NCBI GenBank assembly: GCA_958295675.1
Contig: OY282360.1
Coordinates: 125,810 to 189,809, forward strand
Direction: 5' to 3'
Length of the DNA stretch: 64,000 bases
Origin: Minisyncoccota bacterium
Lineage (GTDB): Bacteria; Patescibacteriota; Minisyncoccia; Phycocordibacterales; JABAAK01
The translations under genes were made by a program, and so were the position numbers. Each line of letters opens with the position of its first letter. Positions within the stretch are counted from its first letter, which is position 1. Below, piece by piece: positions 1 through 10,293 of this stretch. The notes under the pieces were generated by a model. The model was not told the DNA's origin and searched no databases. It saw only the letters and a list, made by a program, of their open reading frames with translations.

Positions 1-558
1 ACATATTTAGAAACAAGGAGTATTAACGAAGGTATAAGACAATACATCATAGCATCTGTGGAATTGCAAATACATATGAGGTCATTATGGTCACCTGATT
101 TCAAAGACAGAGATATAGCACCGTACAATACCGCAATACTCAGGGAGAATCGCCAACAAGAAAAAGCACCAGATACAGGAGTGAAGGAGGTACAAATTAG
201 AACTGAAAGTGAGAGGGATCAGAAAGGTATGATGGGAGAAGGTGTGAACGAAACAGAAACATCAAAAACAAACATGCAAGGAGTAGAAAGTCATGATAAT
301 GACGATGAAGAATCAATCCATGTAGTACAGGAAGGTGAAGATGACCTATACAGTATATTAGAAGGTCACGGAATGACTGATGCTGAAATTATGAAATTAA
401 TGGAGGTACTGAACGGAGATTCAGAAACAATACATGACATAGGTATTACAAGTGGTAATTTGGACGACATGCATCCGGGTGATAAAATAAATCTTGAAAA
501 AGTGAATGAGATAGTACATGCGGAAAATGCAACAAACATGTTTACTAAAGCTGCGTAG
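1..558 (+). CDS. 3' end of a large acidic (probably surface) protein with LysM-like C-terminus; 5'-partial
   Basis: Frame is open from base 1; HVVQEGE..LYSI...HPGDKINL resembles LysM; A-rich codon usage. Confidence 0.55.
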   Translation, partial: TYLETRSINEGIRQYIIASVELQIHMRSLWSPDFKDRDIAPYNTAILRENRQQEKAPDTGVKEVQIRTESERDQKGMMGEGVNETETSKTNMQGVESHDNDDEESIHVVQEGEDDLYSILEGHGMTDAEIMKLMEVLNGDSETIHDIGITSGNLDDMHPGDKINLEKVNEIVHAENATNMFTKAA

Positions 559-593
559 ATTTGCTATATCTCACAAAATCATATATTACAATC

Positions 594-622
594 TTGACTG
601 TATTGCGCGGGACAGGTACTAT
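594..622 (+). promoter_or_regulatory. sigma70 promoter for tuf/S10 cluster
   Basis: TTGACT-17bp-TACTAT. Confidence 0.65.
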
Positions 623-779
623 ACAAGTGTCGTGTAAACGGCAAACGCATGTGGCTCTTTTTTACGCATTGTCTGACTATTTTAGAGAGATAGAACAGAC
701 AATGAATCAGATGAACAGGACAGTGAAAAATCCTTGATTGCAAACATTATTTATATTTACTTTACAGAGGATATATACT

Positions 780-1970
780 ATGGCAGAAATATTTGACAGA
801 AGCAAACCCCATGTGAATGTGGGAACCGTGGGTCATGTTGACCACGGAAAGACAACACTCACCGCGGCTATTCTTACTGTTTTGGATAAGACGGAAGGAT
901 ACAGTGCGCGCGTGAAAGGTGTTGACGGTATTGACAATGCGCCTGAGGAGAAGGCGCGTGGCATTACCATCGCACTTTCTCATAATGAATACGAGACCCC
1001 GAAGCGACACTACGCCCATGTTGACGCGCCCGGTCACGCTGATTACATCAAGAATATGATTACCGGCGCGGCACAGATGGACGGTGCGGTTATCGTGGTT
1101 GCTGCGTCTGACGGTGCTATGCCGCAGACCAAAGAGCATATTCTACTCGCGCGACAGGTCGGTGTACCGAACCTTATTGTCTTCATTAATAAGTGCGACA
1201 TGGTGGATGACCCTGAAATTATTGACTTGGTTGAGGCAGAGATGCGAGAACTGCTCACTAAATACGAGTTTGACGGCGACAATGCGCCGGTTATTCGTGG
1301 TTCAGGGCTGAAAGCACTGGAAGATCCGTCAGGCGAACATGGACAAAAAATACTTGACTTGGTGAATGCTATGGATGAATACTTTCCAGAGCCGAAACGG
1401 GATACGGATAAGCCGTTCCTTATGCCGATTGAGGATGTGTTCTCAATTGAAGGTCGAGGAACAGTGGTTACCGGTAAGATTGAGCGTGGTATTGTGAAAG
1501 TAGATGAGGAAATTGAGATTGTCGGCATCAAAGAAACAAGCAAAACAACAGTAACTGGCGTTGAGATGTTCAATAAACAGCTTGACGAGGGACGCGCGGG
1601 AGATAATGCAGGTCTGTTGCTTCGCGGTGTGAAAAAAGAAGAAGTACACCGAGGGCAGGTACTGGCAAAACAGGGTACAGTGACACCACACAAGGAATTT
1701 GAAGCGGAGATTTACATCCTTTCCAAAGATGAGGGCGGACGACACACGCCGATTCTGAACGGATACAAACCGCAATTCTACATTCGTACCACAGATGTGA
1801 CCGGTGAGTTGAAACTTCCGCAAGGGACGGAAATGGCAATGCCGGGTGATACAATTCAGGCAAACATTTCCCTCATAAATCCCGTTGCGCTTGAAGAGCG
1901 GCAGCGGTTCGCTATCCGCGAGGGTGGCAAGACGGTCGGAGCAGGAGTAGTGACAAAAATTGTCTCCTAA
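780..1970 (+). CDS. tuf: Elongation factor Tu
   Basis: [21 protein letters not shown] motifs; start moved to ATG 780. Confidence 0.99.
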   Translation: MAEIFDRSKPHVNVGTVGHVDHGKTTLTAAILTVLDKTEGYSARVKGVDGIDNAPEEKARGITIALSHNEYETPKRHYAHVDAPGHADYIKNMITGAAQMDGAVIVVAASDGAMPQTKEHILLARQVGVPNLIVFINKCDMVDDPEIIDLVEAEMRELLTKYEFDGDNAPVIRGSGLKALEDPSGEHGQKILDLVNAMDEYFPEPKRDTDKPFLMPIEDVFSIEGRGTVVTGKIERGIVKVDEEIEIVGIKETSKTTVTGVEMFNKQLDEGRAGDNAGLLLRGVKKEEVHRGQVLAKQGTVTPHKEFEAEIYILSKDEGGRHTPILNGYKPQFYIRTTDVTGELKLPQGTEMAMPGDTIQANISLINPVALEERQRFAIREGGKTVGAGVVTKIVS

Positions 1971-2002
1971 TCCGCCGATGTTATTTGATTCCACAAATCT
2001 AT

Positions 2003-2350
2003 ATGCCGAGTCAATCAAAGACCGTGAAGAAACAGAACGACATTCATAAACTGCGCATCCGTGTGCAGGCATATGAGCCGCGCGTGCTGGACTCTTCAGT
2101 AAAGCAGATAATAGAGACAGCAACCCGTCTTGAGACGACCGTTGTCGGTCCTATCCCTCTTCCGACTAAGATTAAGAAATATTCTGTGAACAGAGCTCCG
2201 TTTGTGTTCAAAACATCTCAGGAACAGTTTGAGATGCGCACACATACACGATTGTTAGACATAGAGCGTCCGTCACAGCAGGTGATAGAAGCACTAAGTA
2301 ATCTTTCGCTTCCCGCAGGTGTGTCTATTGAGGCACAAATGTTGTCGTAG
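2003..2350 (+). CDS. rpsJ: 30S ribosomal protein S10
   Basis: GPIPLPT, EQFEMRTH; operon position. Confidence 0.97.
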   Translation: MPSQSKTVKKQNDIHKLRIRVQAYEPRVLDSSVKQIIETATRLETTVVGPIPLPTKIKKYSVNRAPFVFKTSQEQFEMRTHTRLLDIERPSQQVIEALSNLSLPAGVSIEAQMLS

Positions 2351-2414
2351 TCGGATATCGCGCATGTCGCGCACTTTGTGCGGATTGTATCCGTACATAT
2401 CACAACATATCAAT

Positions 2415-2972
2415 ATGAAATTCGCATTAGGAAGAAAATTACAGATGACACAACTGTTTGATGAAAACGGGATTGTGCGTCCTGTAACAGCAATTGTGCT
2501 TGAACCACTGACGGTAACATTGCTACGCACCGCGGATCGGGATGGTTATGATGCGGTGCAGGTTGAGTATGGCGACAAGAAATCAAAACTCAAAAAAGAA
2601 TTCCACGGTACCGGAGAGTATGCGATTGGCGATAGTGTTGCCGCAACGGAAGTTTTTAATTCCGGTGATGTGGTGCGGGTCTCTGCTACTTCTAAAGGAA
2701 AGGGGTTTCAAGGTGTTGTGAAACGGCACGGATTTGCAGGCGGTCCGCGCACGCACGGACAAAAACATAATGAACGGCAGCCGGGATCAATAGGATCGGG
2801 TCTGCGCAATCGCGTGCCGAAGGGAACACGCATGGCGGGTCGGACCGGAAATAACCGTGTAACAATAAAGGGCACCAAAGTGGTGATGGTAGATAAGGAT
2901 AGAGGATTACTCCTACTGCACGGTTCAATTCCCGGACGGCGCGGCACATTGGTGGAAATTCAAGGCGTATGA
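2415..2972 (+). CDS. rplC: 50S ribosomal protein L3
   Basis: SKGKGFQGVVKRHGF, PGSIG. Confidence 0.97.
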   Translation: MKFALGRKLQMTQLFDENGIVRPVTAIVLEPLTVTLLRTADRDGYDAVQVEYGDKKSKLKKEFHGTGEYAIGDSVAATEVFNSGDVVRVSATSKGKGFQGVVKRHGFAGGPRTHGQKHNERQPGSIGSGLRNRVPKGTRMAGRTGNNRVTIKGTKVVMVDKDRGLLLLHGSIPGRRGTLVEIQGV

Positions 2973-3727
2973 CAAAAGTGGTAGTATACACACAGGAAGG
3001 CAAAAAAAACAGAGAAGTTGTGCTCCCGCAGCACCTCTTCACCCTACTTTGGTCAGATGCATTGGTACACCAGACGGTAATCGGTATAGCAAATAATCGG
3101 CGAACTGGCGCGCATACTAAGGACAGAGCGGAAGTGCGCGGCGGCGGACGCAAACCGTGGAGACAAAAAGGAACCGACCGCGCACGCCACGGTTCAATTC
3201 GTTCACCGCTGTGGGTCGGTGGCGGTGTGACATTCGGACCGAAGAAGGAAAAAAATTACAGTGTATCACTGAACAAAAAAATGCGCACAAAAGCTTTTTT
3301 CATTGTGCTGTCAGAAAAATTCCGCGACGATGCCATCCTATTTCTTGATTCATTCACTGTGGACACACCTTCGACGAAAACAGCAGCAGCGTGCCTAACC
3401 GCTATTTATGGTGAAGACAGAAAACAAAAAAATCACTGCACAGTTGTGTTTTCGGAAAGTAATGAGGCAATACGGAAGAGCTTCTCAAATCTACAAGGTG
3501 TGAGGACAATCACTCTGCACGCATTTAATGCAGAAGATGCACTTACCGCGGAAAAAATATTGTTTGTGCATCCGGAAAAAACAGTGGAGCACTTGGAAAT
3601 ACGCGGTGCAGGAATAAAGAGCAGCACGGATACCGCAACTGTTTCTGAAAAACATACTGAAAAGAAAGGTGCAAATAAAGTAGAAAAGAAAAATAGAACA
3701 GAAAAAGCAGATAAAAAAGATATATGA
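2969..3727 (+). CDS. rplD: 50S ribosomal protein L4
   Basis: GGGRKPWRQKGT.RARHGSIRSP. Confidence 0.97.
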   Translation: MTKVVVYTQEGKKNREVVLPQHLFTLLWSDALVHQTVIGIANNRRTGAHTKDRAEVRGGGRKPWRQKGTDRARHGSIRSPLWVGGGVTFGPKKEKNYSVSLNKKMRTKAFFIVLSEKFRDDAILFLDSFTVDTPSTKTAAACLTAIYGEDRKQKNHCTVVFSESNEAIRKSFSNLQGVRTITLHAFNAEDALTAEKILFVHPEKTVEHLEIRGAGIKSSTDTATVSEKHTEKKGANKVEKKNRTEKADKKDI

Positions 3728-4320
3728 TTTTCGATAAACTATTCAAAAAAGATGATGAAGAAAAAAAGAACGCAGATTTATCTATCGCCGATGATACTGT
3801 TGTGCAGGAAAATAGCGACACAAAACAGAATCTGCAGGAAGATTCAGATGGAGGAACATTTACAGGCACCGCGGCCAACATTCGTCCGTCAGAAAAAAGC
3901 GTAAAAAAATCAAAAAGCATAAAAACAAACAAAGCGTTTGACCTGAAAAGCCGCAAAAACCGGACAAAGCGGATAGTGCACACAAAGCGACCGTTCCATA
4001 GAAAGCAACGCCAAGATGTCAAAACTATGGTTAATGTGTATGATTTAATTGAGCGTCCGGTAGTAACTGAGAAAGTTGCCACTTTATCAGAAAAAAGAAC
4101 TTACGCTTTCTTCATCCGTCCGTCTGCAACAAAACATACAGTTGCAGATGCCGTTGAAGCACTTTATGGTGTTCGCCCAATCAAGGTACGCATAACAAAA
4201 AACGCACCGAAAAAAAAGCGTATTCGTATTGCGGGACGGGAACGGGAATTCGGTGTCACCGCGCGGAGAAAAAAGGCGTATGTATTCTTAAAAGAAGGTG
4301 ATTCAATCCGATTAACATAA
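3724..4320 (+). CDS. rplW: 50S ribosomal protein L23 with ~100-aa N-terminal extension
   Basis: RPVVTEK...KKAYVFLKEG at C-terminus; position. Confidence 0.93.
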   Translation: MIFDKLFKKDDEEKKNADLSIADDTVVQENSDTKQNLQEDSDGGTFTGTAANIRPSEKSVKKSKSIKTNKAFDLKSRKNRTKRIVHTKRPFHRKQRQDVKTMVNVYDLIERPVVTEKVATLSEKRTYAFFIRPSATKHTVADAVEALYGVRPIKVRITKNAPKKKRIRIAGREREFGVTARRKKAYVFLKEGDSIRLT

Positions 4321-4325
4321 CACAT

Positions 4326-5180
4326 ATGGCAGTAAGAAAATATAAACCAACAACACCCGGAGTACGCAGTACAGTGGTGCCGCTGTACAAACACCTCTTA
4401 TCACAGGGAAATTCACCAAAAAAAATGCTGATCAAAGATACGCATCGCAGTGTCGGACGCAATAGTGATGGTCGCATTACCATGCGGCATCGTGGCGGCG
4501 GTCATAAACGACGCTTCCGCGATATTGATTTTCTACAGGATAAGTTTGACATACCGGCAAGGATAGAAACAATTGAGTATGACCCGAATCGATCCTCGTT
4601 TATCTCACTTATTTGTTACAAAGATGGTGAGCGACGGTATATCCTCACACCTGATGGATTGCATGTGGGTGATACGGTTATCACATCAGAAAAGGCACCA
4701 TTGAAACCGGGCAACAGAACGGTATTAAAAAATATTCCAGTCGGCACCGCGATCTATAATGTGGAGTTAAAAATGCATGGTGGTGCAAAAATTGCCCGAT
4801 CTGCGGGAAATACAGCAACATTACTCGGGCACGACGGCATATTCGCGCATATTAAACTCCCATCACAGGAGGTACGCAAGATGCCTGTTACTTGTTATGC
4901 TTCAATCGGGTCAGTCGGTAATAAAGAACACCATCTGCGTGTGATCGGTAAGGCAGGTCGTCATCGTTGGATGGGTAAACGACCGACTGTCAGGGGTAAT
5001 GCTATGAACGCGGTTGACCATCCGCACGGCGGAGGTGAGGGCAGGCAGGGACGCGGACGCAAGCGCGCGGTGACGAAATGGGGTAAACCGTCCGGTAAGG
5101 GACAGAAAACAAGGAAACCAAAACGGTATTCAGATGCACACATCGTTCGCCGACGCCAATTGATGCGCAGAAAACGATAG
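4326..5180 (+). CDS. rplB: 50S ribosomal protein L2
   Basis: RHRGGGHKR, IEYDPNRS, MNAVDHPHGGGEG. Confidence 0.99.
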   Translation: MAVRKYKPTTPGVRSTVVPLYKHLLSQGNSPKKMLIKDTHRSVGRNSDGRITMRHRGGGHKRRFRDIDFLQDKFDIPARIETIEYDPNRSSFISLICYKDGERRYILTPDGLHVGDTVITSEKAPLKPGNRTVLKNIPVGTAIYNVELKMHGGAKIARSAGNTATLLGHDGIFAHIKLPSQEVRKMPVTCYASIGSVGNKEHHLRVIGKAGRHRWMGKRPTVRGNAMNAVDHPHGGGEGRQGRGRKRAVTKWGKPSGKGQKTRKPKRYSDAHIVRRRQLMRRKR

Positions 5181-5234
5181 AAAGACCATTTTTATTGATT
5201 TTTTTACTATTATTACCGCACAATAATCTAGGTA

Positions 5235-5263
5235 TTGCAATATTCATGTTTTCATGCTATGCT
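5235..5263 (+). promoter_or_regulatory. sigma70 promoter inside rplB-rpsS spacer
   Basis: TTGCAA-17bp-TATGCT with extended TG. Confidence 0.55.
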
Positions 5264-5465
5264 GGTAAATAGATTGGGAAAGTGCCAATTGAGTGGCTTA
5301 GCCGCAAGCATATCCTGATTTGGCAGATTTGACGGGTTTGTAATTCCGTCATTTCTTTTCTTTTGAACTCAGAGTTGGAGGAAGAATGGTAAGGTCCATC
5401 ATGTCCGCAGTCCCCGAAGCAATTCACTGACCAAACGGCGCCGAGCGGCATCACCCTCAACCAAC

Positions 5466-5495
5466 CCCCCACCGAAACGAATGTTTCGGTGGGGG
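5466..5495. terminator. CCCCCACCGAAAC-GAAT-GTTTCGGTGGGGG hairpin (dispersed family copy 1)
   Basis: 13-bp perfect inverted repeat; same stem at 30036 and 40593. Confidence 0.75.
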
Positions 5496-5636
5496 ATTCT
5501 CATTTAATTACCCTTATGTGGAAATCACGATATTTGTTTAATGCCATTTTTTCTCATATCTAATAGGGGTATAAACTTGCAGAATATACAACCGTCCGCT
5601 ACCATATATAGTATTGCAGGAATAATGCAGTAAAGT

Positions 5637-5978
5637 ATGACACGATCAGTAAGTAAAGGACCGTTTGTTGATTTCAAACTATTGAAAAAAATAACTGGAA
5701 AAAAGCCGGAAGATGCCGGTGTCATTCGCACATGGGCGCGCAGAAGTCAAATTTCCCCCGAAATGATCGGGTTCACTTTCGGCGTGCACAATGGCAAATC
5801 ACATATGGATGTATTAGTCACCGAGGAGATGGTGGGGCACCGCCTCGGTGAGTTCGCACCATCAAAGCGGTTTACTCGGCACGGCGGTAAATTGCAGAAA
5901 GCGACGGATGACGCGAAGAAACAGGCGGAAATCACGGCGGCAAAGGCGGCACGCACCACCACAGAGAACAAGATATAA
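5637..5978 (+). CDS. rpsS: 30S ribosomal protein S19
   Basis: [19 protein letters not shown]. Confidence 0.98.
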   Translation: MTRSVSKGPFVDFKLLKKITGKKPEDAGVIRTWARRSQISPEMIGFTFGVHNGKSHMDVLVTEEMVGHRLGEFAPSKRFTRHGGKLQKATDDAKKQAEITAAKAARTTTENKI

Positions 5979-5979
5979 T

Positions 5980-6306
5980 ATGAAGGCGACACTTAAAAAT
6001 TACCGGCAATCCCCGAGAAAGGTTCGTTTGGTTGCTGATGCGCTGCGCGGTCGGCGAGTGTCTCATGCGCTTGCTGCATTGCAGTCACTTGATAAAAAAG
6101 TCGCAGGACCGATAGGCAAGTTGATACAATCCGCGATCAGCAACGCAAAGAACGCCGGAAAGACGGATGAACAGACAGCACAACTTGTTATCAGTGGTGT
6201 TGTTGTGAATGAAGGCAGAATGATGAAACGGTACCGTCCGCGCGCGTTTGGTAGAGCAACACCGTTGCGAAAACGGTCCAGCACCATACATATAACATTA
6301 CAGTAA
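5980..6306 (+). CDS. rplV: 50S ribosomal protein L22
   Basis: RQSPRKVRLVAD, RPRAFGRA. Confidence 0.97.
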   Translation: MKATLKNYRQSPRKVRLVADALRGRRVSHALAALQSLDKKVAGPIGKLIQSAISNAKNAGKTDEQTAQLVISGVVVNEGRMMKRYRPRAFGRATPLRKRSSTIHITLQ

Positions 6307-6310
6307 ACAT

Positions 6311-6967
6311 ATGACACACACAGCACATCCATACGGTTTTCGGGTCGGTATAACACGCGATTGGCGTGTACAGTGGTTTGCGGCAAGTAGGAATAAGTAT
6401 CGAAAATTATTGCGCGAAGATTACCTGCTCCGCACTTTTCTTGAAAAAGAACTTGAAAACAAATCAGTCAGCACGATATTATTTGAACGGGATAGGGATA
6501 CATTGGGTGTTACTATTAAAACGGCCCGCCCCGGTCTGATTATTGGCAGGGAAGGAATGGGTATTGAGGATCTCATCCGCCGCACAAAACAGTTTGCCAG
6601 AAAAAATGGTTTGAATGAGCATTGCAATATTCGCGTTGAAGAGGTGCGGTATGTGGAACAGGATGCCGCGTTGGTTGCCGAATCAATTGTGGAGTCATTA
6701 AAACGGCATATGCATCACCGCCGCCTGATTAAACACACAATGGAGAAAGTGATGGCGAACAGAAATGCGAAGGGCTGTCGTATTCTTATCGCCGGACGGC
6801 TCGGCGGTGCTGAAATTGCCCGAAGCGAAGAACTGAAACAAGGAAAAATTCCGCTGCAGACATTGCGCGCGGATATTGATTATGCGCACAAGGAAGCGGT
6901 AATGCCCTACGGCATACTTGGTGTCAAGGTGTGGATCTATAAAGGTGATATTGAGAATAAAAAGTAA
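6311..6967 (+). CDS. rpsC: 30S ribosomal protein S3
   Basis: HPYGFRVG, GRLGGAEIAR, PLQTLRADIDY. Confidence 0.98.
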   Translation: MTHTAHPYGFRVGITRDWRVQWFAASRNKYRKLLREDYLLRTFLEKELENKSVSTILFERDRDTLGVTIKTARPGLIIGREGMGIEDLIRRTKQFARKNGLNEHCNIRVEEVRYVEQDAALVAESIVESLKRHMHHRRLIKHTMEKVMANRNAKGCRILIAGRLGGAEIARSEELKQGKIPLQTLRADIDYAHKEAVMPYGILGVKVWIYKGDIENKK

Positions 6968-6969
6968 AT

Positions 6970-7386
6970 ATGTTGTTTCCCAAGAAAGTAAAATATCGCC
7001 GGCTTCAGCGCAAGCGAACAAATCCGAAAAAGAAGAGAAACGCTTCACGCGGCACAGAACTCAATTTCGGTGTGTATGGTATAAAGGCGATGACACCGGC
7101 AAGAATACGATCAAATCAGATAGAGGCATCCCGCCGGGTTATTTCCCGCATGATGGGAAAAACAGGTCGGATATGGATTCGTATTTTTCCCGACAGACCG
7201 TGGACGCAGAAAGCAGCAGAAGTCGGTATGGGAAAAGGAAAGGGTGATCCGCAGGGTTTTGAAGCGGTTGTTTTACCGGGCAGAATATTATTTGAGATAT
7301 CGGGTGTACCTGAAGAAACGGCGCGAAGTGCCATGCTCAAGGCAGGCAAAAAACTGCCGGTAAAAACAAAGTTTGTAATGAAATAG
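6970..7386 (+). CDS. rplP: 50S ribosomal protein L16
   Basis: WIRIFPD, MGKGKG. Confidence 0.98.
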   Translation: MLFPKKVKYRRLQRKRTNPKKKRNASRGTELNFGVYGIKAMTPARIRSNQIEASRRVISRMMGKTGRIWIRIFPDRPWTQKAAEVGMGKGKGDPQGFEAVVLPGRILFEISGVPEETARSAMLKAGKKLPVKTKFVMK

Positions 7387-7391
7387 TGCGT

Positions 7392-7640
7392 ATGGCAAAT
7401 AAACAAGAAGAAAAAAAGACAGCCAAGAAAAAAACAAAGCAGCAGATCATTGATGATTTGCGGAAACAGAAGAAAAAATTACAGGAAGCAAGATTCCGTC
7501 TTTCTGCAGAAGCACAGCAAAAAACAAGCAGACACAAGGAACTGCGCAAATCAATAGCGCGCATGACAACCATGCTGACTGCGGTAAAAAAGGAGCAAAA
7601 AACCGGCAATACTCGCGATAATTCAGTTTCTCGTGTATGA
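7392..7640 (+). CDS. rpmC: 50S ribosomal protein L29
   Basis: Position; LRKSIARMTT motif. Confidence 0.85.
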   Translation: MANKQEEKKTAKKKTKQQIIDDLRKQKKKLQEARFRLSAEAQQKTSRHKELRKSIARMTTMLTAVKKEQKTGNTRDNSVSRV

Positions 7641-7668
7641 TACATATGCAACACAATGTATAAAACAT

Positions 7669-7950
7669 ATGAAACAGGAAAAAAAGACACCAACAAAAGT
7701 AAACAAAAAGACGCTACAGGGAACAGTGGTGTCTTCAAAAATGCAGAGTACTGTTATTGTTGCGGTAAATAGGCATATAAAACATCCGAAATACGGAAAG
7801 TACCGCCGGGTCACGAAGCGGTACAAAGCGCATAATCCTGGAGAAACAATTCCTGTCGGTGAGAAGGTCTCTATAGAATCATGTCGTCCGATATCCAAAG
7901 AGAAACATTTTTGCGTTATCAATACAGAACAAGCAAAGAAAGGAAAATAA
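7669..7950 (+). CDS. rpsQ: 30S ribosomal protein S17
   Basis: GTVVSSKM, HPKYGK, RPISKEK. Confidence 0.96.
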   Translation: MKQEKKTPTKVNKKTLQGTVVSSKMQSTVIVAVNRHIKHPKYGKYRRVTKRYKAHNPGETIPVGEKVSIESCRPISKEKHFCVINTEQAKKGK

Positions 7951-7956
7951 TAGCAT

Positions 7957-8328
7957 ATGATACAGCCCCAAACAATTGTAAGAGTAACTGATAACTCAGG
8001 CGCAAGAATCGCCCGGGTGTTTAAGGTGTTGGGAGGTACGCGCCGCCGGTATGCGCGTATTGGTGATGAAGTGGTATGTTCGGTTCAGGAGGCAGAGCCG
8101 CGCAAGAGCATTAAGAAGAAACAGGTGGTAACCGCCGTGGTAGTGCGTCAAAGAAAACCATACCGTCGTGCGGACGGTTCATATGTATCATTCAGTGAGA
8201 ATGCTGTGGTCATTGTTGACAAAAAAAAGAAAGAGCCGCAGGCAACCCGTATATTCGGTCCGGTACCCCGGGAACTTGAGCGGGTCGGGTATAAGAAAAT
8301 AACCTCAATGGCACCGGAAGTTGTATAG
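7957..8328 (+). CDS. rplN: 50S ribosomal protein L14
   Basis: DNSGA, TRIFGPVPREL, APEVV. Confidence 0.98.
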   Translation: MIQPQTIVRVTDNSGARIARVFKVLGGTRRRYARIGDEVVCSVQEAEPRKSIKKKQVVTAVVVRQRKPYRRADGSYVSFSENAVVIVDKKKKEPQATRIFGPVPRELERVGYKKITSMAPEVV

Positions 8329-8331
8329 CGT

Positions 8332-8733
8332 ATGAAGATACAGAAAGGAGACACAGTTATGGTAATGAAAGGGTCCGACAAAAAGAAAGTCGGCAATGTA
8401 CTGCATGTTATACCGGACGATGAAAAAGTAATAGTCGCCGGTGTCAATATTCGCACAGCACATAAAAAAGCGCGGACACGCAATGAGAAAGGAACCATTG
8501 AAAAGAAAGAGAGACCGATTAGCATATCTAATGTTCTGGTTATTGATCCAAAGACAAAAGAGCCGTCACGAGTGCAATATACCGGCACCGGAAAGGAGAA
8601 GAAACGAATGACCAAAAAAAACGGCACAATGCTTGAGAAAAAACAAGCAAGAAAAAAGACGGCAAAGAAAACAGTCGTTGCGGCAAAAAGCGAAGAAGAA
8701 AAAAATAAACAAAAGGAACAAAAAGATATATGA
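8332..8733 (+). CDS. rplX: 50S ribosomal protein L24
   Basis: KGDTV.V..G.DK KOW motif, PISISNV. Confidence 0.96.
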   Translation: MKIQKGDTVMVMKGSDKKKVGNVLHVIPDDEKVIVAGVNIRTAHKKARTRNEKGTIEKKERPISISNVLVIDPKTKEPSRVQYTGTGKEKKRMTKKNGTMLEKKQARKKTAKKTVVAAKSEEEKNKQKEQKDI

Positions 8734-9275
8734 AAACAACAACAGACATAAAGATAGATAAGACATTTGAAATACTCAAAGATGTATTTTCATGGAGTAA
8801 TCCGATGCAAACAACCCGATTGGAGAAAATTGTTGTATCAACAGGTACAGGTCGTGTACGCAAAGAGAAACAAAAAACAGATCTTATACAGGATCGCTTG
8901 ACGGCAATAACCGGACAGAAACCCGCATTTCGAAAAGCTCGCCAGTCAATCGCTTCATTTAAGTTGCGTGAAGGTGAGACAGTCGGATATGCTGTTACAT
9001 TGCGCGGCAGAAAAATGCGTGATTTTCTGGATCGCCTGCTTAATATTTCAATTCCCCGCATGCGTGATTTTCGGGGCATACCCGAATCATCAGTTGATGA
9101 GATGGGAAATCTTACCATAGGTATTTCGGAACACATCATTTTTCCGGAAACACCGGATGAAAATATGCAGGACATCTTCGGTTTGTCAATCACTATCGTT
9201 ACTTCTGCGAAAAATAAAGAAGAAGCATCTAAATTTTTTGAACACATTGGCGTGCCATTCGTTCAAAAGACATAA
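8730..9275 (+). CDS. rplE: 50S ribosomal protein L5
   Basis: ITGQKP, FKLREG, VTLRG, RDFRG. Confidence 0.98.
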   Translation: MKTTTDIKIDKTFEILKDVFSWSNPMQTTRLEKIVVSTGTGRVRKEKQKTDLIQDRLTAITGQKPAFRKARQSIASFKLREGETVGYAVTLRGRKMRDFLDRLLNISIPRMRDFRGIPESSVDEMGNLTIGISEHIIFPETPDENMQDIFGLSITIVTSAKNKEEASKFFEHIGVPFVQKT

Positions 9276-9280
9276 AAAAA

Positions 9281-9309
9281 TACACCACCAGCGAAGTAGT
9301 GGTGGCGTA
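9281..9309 (-). terminator. Intrinsic terminator of antisense cassette 1
   Basis: TACACCACCA..TGGTGGCGTA stem next to an A-run (U-tract on - strand). Confidence 0.6.
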
Positions 9310-9378
9310 ATATGGTTCGGTGCAATCAATCACCGCACGCAACAATCTCAAACAGCATGGTGCAAAGAACCATTATGA

Positions 9379-9561
9379 TTAATTTGCTAATGCGGATTCA
9401 AAAAAGACCAAAAGAAGAAGGTGTCTCATAGATTCATCCCAGTCAAACACAAGGATGGATGCGCCTAAACAGATAACAGCTGTCAACCCTGTTACGACAC
9501 CAATCAGTAAAACCATGATACTGTTTAAAAAATAACCCGTGAGACGCGTCACTTTTTCCAT
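9379..9561 (-). CDS. Small hydrophobic membrane protein (antisense cassette 1 in spc operon)
   Basis: 60 aa, TM helix; AGGGGGA SD; TTGACA-16-TATAAT promoter at 9639..9612. Confidence 0.65.
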   Translation of the reverse strand: MEKVTRLTGYFLNSIMVLLIGVVTGLTAVICLGASILVFDWDESMRHLLLLVFFESALAN

Positions 9562-9683
9562 CGTCGATCCCCCTAGTTTGTTTGCCGAAACCGTTTCAGC
9601 AATCTGATAATATTATATTAAATAAAATTATTTTGTCAAATATAGTATGGTGGAGGTGGTATCCCACGAAAGGTATAAAAAAA

Positions 9684-9708
9684 TACACCACCTTCAAAAG
9701 GTGGTGTA
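9684..9708 (-). terminator. Intrinsic terminator of antisense cassette 2
   Basis: TACACCACCTT-CAA-AAGGTGGTGTA perfect stem plus U-tract on - strand. Confidence 0.7.
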
Positions 9709-9774
9709 ATGGGTTTTCGGTGTAACCGGAGGGAGTGTCCTGACTTCTTCCAGTTACTGTGTGCAACAACAGCC

Positions 9775-10032
9775 TCAGGTGTCAAGCCACTCCAAATCAC
9801 GCTGCCGCCAGTATCTGTCAAGATACCCAACGAACGGAGTCCAGATACCGGCCCCAAGAATGATAAGAGCGGCACACAAGGCAATCGTCAGGTAGTTTTC
9901 GTGCGCTGAAACAATGGTGTGTTCAACACCAAAGATCAAAAACGTTCCAAGCATGGTCACAATCAACACGGCAAGGAATGCTGCGGCTCCTACCAAGACA
10001 CCGAGTGCGAACAGCGACATGAAATTTTTCAT
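9775..10032 (-). CDS. Small two-TM membrane protein (antisense cassette 2 in spc operon)
   Basis: 85 aa, 2 TM; AAGGAG SD; TTGACA-17-TACTAT promoter at 10122..10094. Confidence 0.75.
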   Translation of the reverse strand: MKNFMSLFALGVLVGAAAFLAVLIVTMLGTFLIFGVEHTIVSAHENYLTIALCAALIILGAGIWTPFVGYLDRYWRQRDLEWLDT

Positions 10033-10293
10033 GTTTGGTTTCTCCTTTTCAGTGAGTTTTGCCTACTGAACCAGTTCCAGCAGGTCTATACATATAGTAC
10101 AAAAATAACTTTATTTTGTCAAATATAGTATGGTGGGGTGAAACATCTCTCACACAGTTTTTTAAAATATGTTGCGTATTGCCAACTATGTGCTACCATA
10201 CGGATAACAGAGTAAATCCATAGAGTTTTCTTTGTGCGCGGTAAACACTGCGAGTAAAGACAATTGTATGCGGATATTGCCCTGTGTGAGTAT

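Noticed and set aside
5257-5472. 71-aa minus-strand ORF in rplB-rpsS spacer
   Set aside because: Starts inside the hairpin with no SD or promoter; the signals point to the plus strand.
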